Below are positions 25,585 through 34,200 of a stretch of DNA of 52,067 nucleotides, piece after piece; positions within the stretch are counted from its first letter, which is position 1, and the number at the start of each line of letters is the position of its first letter. Made by a program: the position numbers and the translations under genes. The stretch is from a virus (lineage: Duplodnaviria; Caudoviricetes), in IMG/VR virus record IMGVR_UViG_3300030098_005673, positions 1 through 52,067 of that record; one strand, 5' to 3'. The notes under the pieces are model-generated. The model was not told where the DNA came from. It worked only from the letters and a program-made list of their open reading frames with translations, and did no database searches.

Positions 25585-27209
25585 TGCGTATTCCTTCAGG
25601 AACTACCGATCAATATATCTATTTCGTGGCTGTGGATTCCACGGATTTCACAACGCGCGAAACCAGCTTGTCCGGGTTTGATGTTTATCGAAGCCGCAAT
25701 GGGGCAGCGGCGGCACAAATGAGCAGCCCCACTATTAATGAAGTTAGCTCCGGCAACATGCCGGGAGTGTACGAACTTTTGCTGGACGAGGATATGACGA
25801 TTGCCGCTGGTAATGACAGCGAAGAAATGGTTTTCCATATCACAAAGACCGGAATGGCTCCCGTCACCCGCACCATAGAATTGTACCGGCCAAAAATTAC
25901 GGCTGGCGAAACTCTAACGGTTTCAAGTGGCAACGCCAGCGCAGACATAATCAAGGTCAGCGGCGATTCGACAGCGGCAGACAATTTAGAGCTAATGTAT
26001 GACGGCACTGGATATGCGGGTGGAACGGCGAAGCTTGGAGTCGATATTGTTAGCGTCAGCGGTGACACGACGGCAGCAGACAATTTAGAAGCGATGTACG
26101 ACGGAACTGGTTATGTTGGCGGCACTGCAAAACTTACCGTAGATGTTGCCAAAATTAGCGGTGACGCTACAGCAGCCGACAATCTCGAAGCCACGTATGA
26201 CGGCACGGGTTATTCTCATTCAAACGCACCTGCAACTCAGGGTGCTTTGGCTACAACAGACGCAGTATGCGACGGAATCCAGACAGACCTTTCAAACGGC
26301 ACGGATGGTCTTGGTGCTTTGAAGGCACTTATCGACACCGTAGACACGGTATGTGATGGCATTCAGACCGATCTGTCAAACGGGACCGATGGGCTGGGTG
26401 CGTTGAAAGCACTGATCGAAACCACTGATGGGATTTGCGATGCAATCAAAGCAGTGACCGACAACTTGCCAAACTCCGGTTCTCTATCAAGTCTGGCAAC
26501 GGCTAGTGCTTTAGCAACTACAGATGCTGTTTGCGACGGCATTCAAACAGACTTAAGTAACAGCACAGATGGTTTAGGTGCTTTAAAAGCACTAATCGAC
26601 ACTATAGATACCGTTGTGGATGCTGTGAAAGTAAAGACCGACCAGCTTACGTTTACTACGTCCAACCAAGTAGACGCTACAACCAAATCCTTAGACAACG
26701 ATGTCATTACGGCTGCAAAAATTGCCGCTGATGCAATTGGAGCTTCAGAGCTTGCCGCCGATGCTGTGACTGAAATTGTTGCCGGAGTGTGGGGCGCAGC
26801 CTCATCATCTTACACCTCATCAGGCACGTTTGGAAAATTCTTAGACGCTCAGGTTTCTACGGTCGGAGGAGGAGGTTTAACTGTATCTGCAATCGCAGAC
26901 GGTGTTTGGGACGAGGTTCTCAGCGGGCATTCAACTTCAGGAACAGCGGGGTTGCTTCTGTCTCAGGCGGGCGGAGGAAGCGGAAACATTGCCGGAACAA
27001 TTACAATTACAGACGGGTCGTCTCCAATAGACGGAGCAAACGTCGATATTACCACCGGAAACAGCAGTAACACTGACGGGCTTGTTGCTACTGGCACGAC
27101 AAATGTTTCGGGCCAAGTAAGCTTTAACCTGTCAGCCGGAACATACTACCAGTGGGTCCAGCACGCAAGCTATTCGGTAAGCAACCCAACAACATTAACA
27201 GTGAGCTAA
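25584..27209 (+). CDS. Repeat-containing virion structural (fibre-like) protein
   Basis: Three SGD.TAADNLE..YDGTGY repeats, three DGIQTDLSN.TDGLGALKALI repeats, ITAAKIAADAIGASELA, C-terminal Ig/CarboxypepD-like strands. Confidence 0.7.
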   Translation: MRIPSGTTDQYIYFVAVDSTDFTTRETSLSGFDVYRSRNGAAAAQMSSPTINEVSSGNMPGVYELLLDEDMTIAAGNDSEEMVFHITKTGMAPVTRTIELYRPKITAGETLTVSSGNASADIIKVSGDSTAADNLELMYDGTGYAGGTAKLGVDIVSVSGDTTAADNLEAMYDGTGYVGGTAKLTVDVAKISGDATAADNLEATYDGTGYSHSNAPATQGALATTDAVCDGIQTDLSNGTDGLGALKALIDTVDTVCDGIQTDLSNGTDGLGALKALIETTDGICDAIKAVTDNLPNSGSLSSLATASALATTDAVCDGIQTDLSNSTDGLGALKALIDTIDTVVDAVKVKTDQLTFTTSNQVDATTKSLDNDVITAAKIAADAIGASELAADAVTEIVAGVWGAASSSYTSSGTFGKFLDAQVSTVGGGGLTVSAIADGVWDEVLSGHSTSGTAGLLLSQAGGGSGNIAGTITITDGSSPIDGANVDITTGNSSNTDGLVATGTTNVSGQVSFNLSAGTYYQWVQHASYSVSNPTTLTVS

Positions 27210-27210
27210 A

Positions 27211-27915
27211 ATGGGCTATTCTCCTTCCACTACAGCAATGTCGGCAGTCAGCTCAGGTTCCCTTACCTACGCTGCATTGTCATACATCAAAACGCAACTT
27301 GGAATTTCGGGTTCTGGCGAAGACACGAAGCTAACCCAAATGGGGCTGCAAGCTGAAGAAATTTTTGAGAGAGAAACTGGCCGAAGTTTTGTAGCTGCAA
27401 CTTACACTCACTACTTTGACGGCAACGGGGAGTTCGACCTCGTTCTCAGGCAGTACCCTGTCAACTCAATCACATCGATTCACGAGGATGCGGATGGGAG
27501 ATACGGAGCCTCAGCCGACCCCTTCCCATCCTCAACTTTATTGACGAAGGGCGAAGATTACGCACTTGACGCTTTAGACGGATCTACAAGCTTTAGTGGT
27601 ATTGTACATCGAATTGGAGCTAGGTGGCCGAACAAACGAATTGCTGGACGGACAGAAGTTTCTCATTTAGAAATGAACCGACGAGGCAACATCAAAGTAA
27701 TCTACAATGCCGGATATTCCACAGTTCCTGTAGATATCAAAATGGCTATTTGCAACATCGTTGCCATGACTAGAAAAAGTGCTGCTGGCGGTATGCCGAT
27801 TAGCGGGTTTTCTCTGGACTACTTTAACGTCCAGTATGCCAACAGCTCTGAAGCAATGGCTAGGCTGGACTCAGCCACAAGAATTATTAACCGCTACAAA
27901 AGGCCAAGCTTCTAA
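27211..27915 (+). CDS. Head-tail adaptor (gp6/gp15-like)
   Basis: IKTQLGIS..EDTKL...FERETGR.F, YPVNSITSI, YNAGYSTVPVDIKMA. Confidence 0.85.
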   Translation: MGYSPSTTAMSAVSSGSLTYAALSYIKTQLGISGSGEDTKLTQMGLQAEEIFERETGRSFVAATYTHYFDGNGEFDLVLRQYPVNSITSIHEDADGRYGASADPFPSSTLLTKGEDYALDALDGSTSFSGIVHRIGARWPNKRIAGRTEVSHLEMNRRGNIKVIYNAGYSTVPVDIKMAICNIVAMTRKSAAGGMPISGFSLDYFNVQYANSSEAMARLDSATRIINRYKRPSF

Positions 27916-28247
27916 TGATTACCCCAGAAGAAATAGCTGCCTTTTCCGATGCTATGCCGGATATGAAAACTGTGACGTTCCATCCACGGAGCGGCGGCAC
28001 GTTTGCTTCTGGTCAGTCGGTTACGAACGCTGAAAAGCGACCAATCACAGCAAAAGAAATGGCATCCATTCAGGGATTTCTTTCGGGTGCTGATATCGTT
28101 TGGCACATCTGGGATGAGTCTGTAACGACCACTCCAAAGTCAGGCGACAAGATCGTAGACGACGAATCAACTACATGGCTAGTTAAATACGCAGTTGAAG
28201 AATTGCTGGGACAAAGACATCGTCTTTTTTGCACGAAGGGCAAGTAA
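27915..28247 (+). CDS. Probable head-closure/stopper protein
   Basis: Size and position after adaptor; PKSGDKIVD...TW.V motif. Confidence 0.6.
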   Translation: MITPEEIAAFSDAMPDMKTVTFHPRSGGTFASGQSVTNAEKRPITAKEMASIQGFLSGADIVWHIWDESVTTTPKSGDKIVDDESTTWLVKYAVEELLGQRHRLFCTKGK

Positions 28248-31200
28248 TGCTTCCTACTCACGAGAAACTTTGGACCTCAGTTTTCAAAGCCGACGACAAC
28301 TGCGGAGCCAACGCTCCCGGCGGTGGAGGGTTCCAGCCGGGTAATGATTGTGCTGCGGATAAAGATGGTAATCAGGATTTGAAAAACGAATACAAGGACA
28401 CATACGCCGATGAAAGGATATCTAGATTGCAAGCTGACGCAGATGATGGCTTGCTCAAAAAAGAAACAGCCGAAGCCCTTATAAAGATTGCCCAAAAAGA
28501 GTCGCATGGCTACGACCCCAACAGAAAACCTCACGAATATTTTAAAGGCAGCAGGGCTGATTTTTCAAAACAAACTTTGTACCACGCTAGCCAGCAAGAC
28601 ATAGAAGGAAAGCCAAGGCTTCCGTTTTATTTAGGTTCAACTTCTTCGCTTGCAAAAAAAGCGGCTTTGGCAGGAGGCGTATCTGAAATTGGAGATGCCT
28701 TGTACGCGACAAGAAGTTCCGGCGACTACAAGGTTTCAGAATGGAGCGTCAGTCCAGAGGCTAAGGTGTATGGCATGGACATGCACCTTGAAGGCTTTGA
28801 CCTGCCTGAGTCGATGTCATTTGATGATTTCGAAAAAATTAAAGGCGAAATAAAAAACACGGTTTGGTCTGAAGACTCGCAAGTGCAGGAGACTGCTTCT
28901 GAATTAGCTAATAAAGTTTACAACAGGTCTTACGCCGTGTTCAAAGACAAGGGCGGGGTTTGGCAGGCAAAGAAGCACAAGCGACTGATGCAAGATGACC
29001 AAAACGCCATGCCGCCTAAGCCAATAGGCCACAAAATGTCTTTTGGGTGGAAGGAGATGGATTCTGAGGTGGCTCAAGGCAAGCGGCTTCCAGATGCTTT
29101 GCGGGCCTTGGGATATGATGTGGCTTTTGTAGACGACGAGGCAATTAAATCGGTCGTGGCTTTGACGGACGACGCAATACAAAAAAAATCAACGAGCGTT
29201 TCAAAATCCAAAGACAACTGCGGCGCTAACGCTCCCGGCGGTGGGGGGTTTCAGCCGGGTAATCAGTGTGCAGCGGATAAAGATGGTGATGAGCCTGCTT
29301 CAGGTAAAAGAACTAAAGCGTTCGACGAGTGGTTTGGCGATTCAAAAGTAGTCGATGAAAACGGCGATCCGCTGGTGGTCTACCACGGCGTAAAAGACCC
29401 GAAAATTAAAGAGATAAAAGACGGGAAAATTGTTTGGGATATTGGGTTTGATGTCTTTGATACAGAAGGTGGAATGGAAGCCGGAGCGTATTTTTCTCCA
29501 GATATAAATGTGGCGAAAAAGTACGGAACTCCAATACCATTTTATCTAAGGGCGACTAGCCCAATACAGAAAGAAGACCCGATCAGTTCAGCTCCACATA
29601 ATGCTGATTCAATCTTTAGAACCCGTGGCAAATCCAATAAAATACAAGACGCTTGGGAGATTGCCGTATTTAATCCATCTCAAATTAAAATGGCTGTTGG
29701 CAACGAGAACCCAACCGACGACCCCAGCATCTACAAATCCAAAGACAACTGCGGAGCCAACGCTCCCGGCGGAGGTGGGTTTCAACCGGGTAATGATTGC
29801 GCTGCGGATAAAGACGGTGGCGGTGATGAGCCTGCTTCGGGGAAAAGAACTAAAGCGTTCGACGAGTGGTTCGGCGATTCAAAAGTAGTTGACGAAAACG
29901 GCGACCCGCTGGTGCTGTATCATGGGACATCGCAGGCGTTCGACGATTTTAGCGAATTAAAAAGGGGGTCTTTAACTGACGCTGAAAGTGCGTCAATGGC
30001 AACTTTTTTTACTGATGACGAAAAAACAGCAAACGCCTACGCCATTCATGCTGCTGAATATGGGCCAGTAAAAGACGCTTTAGACAAAGCTAATCTTGCT
30101 GAAAAACGGCAGGATTGGGAGTCATACGACAAGTTTATAAGAGAGGCTGAGTCTTTAGACGCTTACGACCAAAAAAGGCAGCGACGGAAAGACAGCGCTA
30201 AGACCATGAAGGTTTATTTGCGCGGGGACTTTATGGTTGTCGATGCGGAAGGGAAAACCCCGCAAGACTGGTCTAACGACGAGAATATAGATTCTTGGCT
30301 CACGTCAAAACTAAAAGAAGCCAAGGCGGAGGGCAGGGATGGCGTGAGGTTCGATAACCTCGACGATGCGGTTGGGTTGTATAACAGGCCAGCTACGCAC
30401 TTTGCGGTTTTTAACCCTGATGGAAACGTAAAAGACATAGACAACGAGAACCCGACCGACGACCCTAGCATCCACAAATCCGCCGACAAGCCCAAATCTG
30501 ATTGCGGCGCGACTGGTGGTCCGGGGCCGGGTTCTGGGGGGTTTAAGCCGGGTAATGATTGCGCAGCGGATAAAAATAGTAAGGAGTCTGGTGCTGGCAA
30601 AAAAAACAACGACAAAGATATTGATGAAAAAAATCTTGACCTGTTTGAAACTAAAATTAAAAACCGCCACTTAAAAATTGCTATTCAAGAAGCAGCTTTT
30701 ACTAAAAATGGTACGGTAGATGACCGCCAAGTTCGAGAGGCAATAAAAAAAGACTTTGAAAAGAACGGGTATCCAGACAAGCCCGGACTGCCTTCCGATT
30801 TAGAGGAAGCCGCATATCAAGAGGCATTGGCATACGCACAAAATAACGATTGGTATCGGGAGGAAGCAATTGACTATGAAAACAAACATCGAGAAAGGTT
30901 TCTTAAGCAACGGACTGACCGACAGTCCGAGGATCAGGCAAATTACGCAACAGTAAAAGCTCAAAAGCAAAACGTCACAAAGAGACAGAATGATGCGCTG
31001 GCTGATTATGCTGGTGCCTACAGCGGACACATGGGAAAGATTATGCGAGGAGATGCTGATCAAGTTCAAGATGGCGGTCAAGGTGAGGAAAACAAGGAGT
31101 GGGTTAATTATTTAAAAACCAGCATAAACGAAATAGACAAAGCCCTAGAGTCACACTCATTTGATAAAGACGTAAGGGTTTATCACGGGATGGAGTGGAA

Positions 31201-34200
31201 GAAAGTTAATGCTAAATCAAATAAAGATTTAATAGGAAAGACTATTCACGATCCAGCGTTTTTAAGCACAACAACGAGATTTGAAACCGCCGATAGGTTT
31301 GACAGCAAAGATTGGTCCAAAGACGACAAAATTGGTTTTGGCGGCGTAATAAGGCTTACTATCCCTAAAGGAACACCGGCTATTGCAATAGGATTGCGGA
31401 ATCCTTATTGGGGGGACAGGGAGCAGGAGGTGCTGCTTGGAGGAAATTACGGAATAAAAATTATTGCTATGAATGACTACAGCAGCTTAGAGGAAGGGAA
31501 AAGAGGCATTGTTTTTGACGCTGAACTTGTAGATATGGAAAAGTCTAAAAACAAATCTATGTCTATTTTTAAATCCGAATCCGACTGCGGCGCTAACGCT
31601 CCCGGCGGCGGGGGATTCCAGCCGGGGAATGACTGCGCTGCGGATAAGGATGGTGGCGGTTCAGCAGAGTCGCAGCCTGAAAGCACCGAACTAAAAAAGT
31701 TTTTAAACTCCTACAATGAAGATTATGGCGAAGAAGCCGAGTCTTTTTCGGACATTGCTGGACTGCCTGATGACGAAGAACTTTTTAACAAGCTAAAGGA
31801 CTCTTTAACTGCTGAAGAATATCTGTCTCTAGTTGAAAACGCAGGCGGTAACGCTGTTATAGCTGGATACAGTGTAGAAGAATTAGAAACAGAATACGGG
31901 AACCCTTTACACGAAGCTTTGGGCAGGCAGGAAAAACTGGGCTTTTCGATAGACGGCGATCCTTTGAAGCCCGGTGAACTTACAAAATACGACGGCGGCA
32001 ATTACGAACCAGAGGAAGCCCCGGATTTTGATGAATTTATGAGAAACCAATACCCCGAAGGTTACTCGTTTATTGAAAGCGGCTTTCTGCTCGCTGATGG
32101 GACGCTTCTGGATATGTCACATGGCTCTGGATCAAGAGCGGATGACCACCGGAGCATTATACCGAGCGAAGCGGCTTCTAAGCGGTGGGGATTTAGTGAA
32201 CAAGAAATGGAGTACCGTGGTTCTCGAATGATGGCTACGGTTCGTCGTGCTGGAGCGTTAAGGATTGACGGAGCTGCAGGACTTATTAACAGCGTTGAAG
32301 GAAACTCTATAACGCCTGCACAAAGGGACAAAATTCAGCAGTACATCGATGACTATCAACCAGAGCAAATATATTTTGATGTGGATGACGGCACAGCTAG
32401 AAGTGTACACGGCGGCACAGTCGATAGTCCCCGTAATGCTTCTCAAGTTATAAATGCCATGCGGGACTATGACAGCAGCAATAAGTCTCTACCCCGTCAC
32501 GAAACTCTCTGGCTGTCAGTGTTCAAGAGCGACGACGGCCCCAAAAGCGATTGCGGAGCCAACGCTCCCGGCGGTGGTGGATTTCAGCCGGGGAATGATT
32601 GCGCCGCTGGCGGCCAAAGCATATCTGTTGCAGACAAAGGCGTTGCAAACAAAACGGGCGATTACGCTATAGATGACGACGTTCCGGCAAAAGCTGGCAG
32701 CGTTGAAATTCCCGACAATCATGTTCGGTTTTTTCATTATTCAAGCCTGCGAAGCGAAGACTCAGAAAATACGGGTGACGCATTTGACGACGCTAACAAA
32801 CGCGCAAAGTCAATCCGGCAAAGCGGCATAAAAATGGGGTCGGCAAGAGGCGAAAGATTTGGAGAGCCAAATCAAATATGGGCTACTGTAACCAATGTGC
32901 CGGACAACATTGGAGAAAAGGTATACGTAGAGTTTTCGCTGCCTTTTGACGATCCAAGAATTGGCGGAACAATTTCTGGCAATAAAGACGTAAAAGAGGC
33001 GAGGTCTGCTTCGCAAGCAACATTTATCGGCGACATAAAGCCAAGCGAAATTATTGCTGTACATGAACCGTGGCACAAGCGATTTCGGTACGCAGTTATG
33101 GATGACGACGAGCGGACGCTTGACTCAAAAGTTTTAGATCGAGCGGCAAGTGGCTACTACGATCATATTTTAGACCCAAAAAAGAAACACACTTCTGATT
33201 ATCGAGCAGCGTACAGGCGGATAATAGATATTGCAAAACGCCGAAAAAAATCCTTGCCTTGCCATGAGTCGCTTTGGTTGTCCGTTTTTAAATCGGACGA
33301 CGGCCCTAAGAGCGATTGTGGTGCTAATGCTCCCGGCGGTGGCGGGTTCCAACCCGGCAACGATTGCGCAGCGGATCAAGATGGCAAAAAGAAAAAGAAA
33401 AGCAGCAAGGAGTTGTTCCGCGAAGAAGTTTTGGAAAACGCTAAAAACTTTCCCGTTACTGACGAAGATGTCTATGACCCTGAAGAAGTAATGTATAACT
33501 ATGACGATTTAAGCAGTAGCGAACAGCAGGAGTACGATGAGTATATTGATTACTCGCTGGAAGAACTTGAGTACATCGCCGACGAGCATGAAGACGAGTG
33601 GAAAATTGCCGACGATGAGGTTTATGAAAGAGCTACGCAGGCAATGATTGACGACGGCATAGACATAAATGAAATGATGGAAAATGACGAAGACGCATTT
33701 TACGATTTAGAGCAAGGCTATTTGGACTCCGCCCATCAGGAAGTAGAAGAAGCAAACTATCAAGCCAGAAAAGAGTGGTGGGAAGACTGGAGTGAAATGT
33801 ACCGCGATGAGGTGCGCTACGATCAATATCAAGTCCAAGAGTTTTTTGTTGATCGTTTTGAAAGCACTTACATAGAAAACCCGGATGGTGACGGGTTTGT
33901 AAACACTAAAAACGTCGGCGAGCTAGGCTTAAACAAATGGGGTAAGGACAAAGACGGCGATTTTGTTTTGCGTTTTGAAACCGAAGCCGGTACGCCGTAC
34001 ACGATTACTACATACGACCGGTCGGCGCAGCAAGGCAGAACACATCGCACTATTATGTTTGATCAGGCAGGCGACTACGGAATTAAGGGGACCGGAAGTG
34101 CGCATGAAGTATTTTCAAAAGTAATAGGTGCAATTGCTTCAAAGCACCAAGAAGCGCCTGCTGACGTTTACACTTTTACGGCAGCCGAGCCTTCTCGAAA

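Noticed and set aside
28301-33370. Dispersed ~54-nt repeats as a CRISPR array or DGR template/variable repeats
   Set aside because: Spacing is 0.5-1.1 kb, copies are in frame and vary synonymously, and no cas or reverse transcriptase gene is present.
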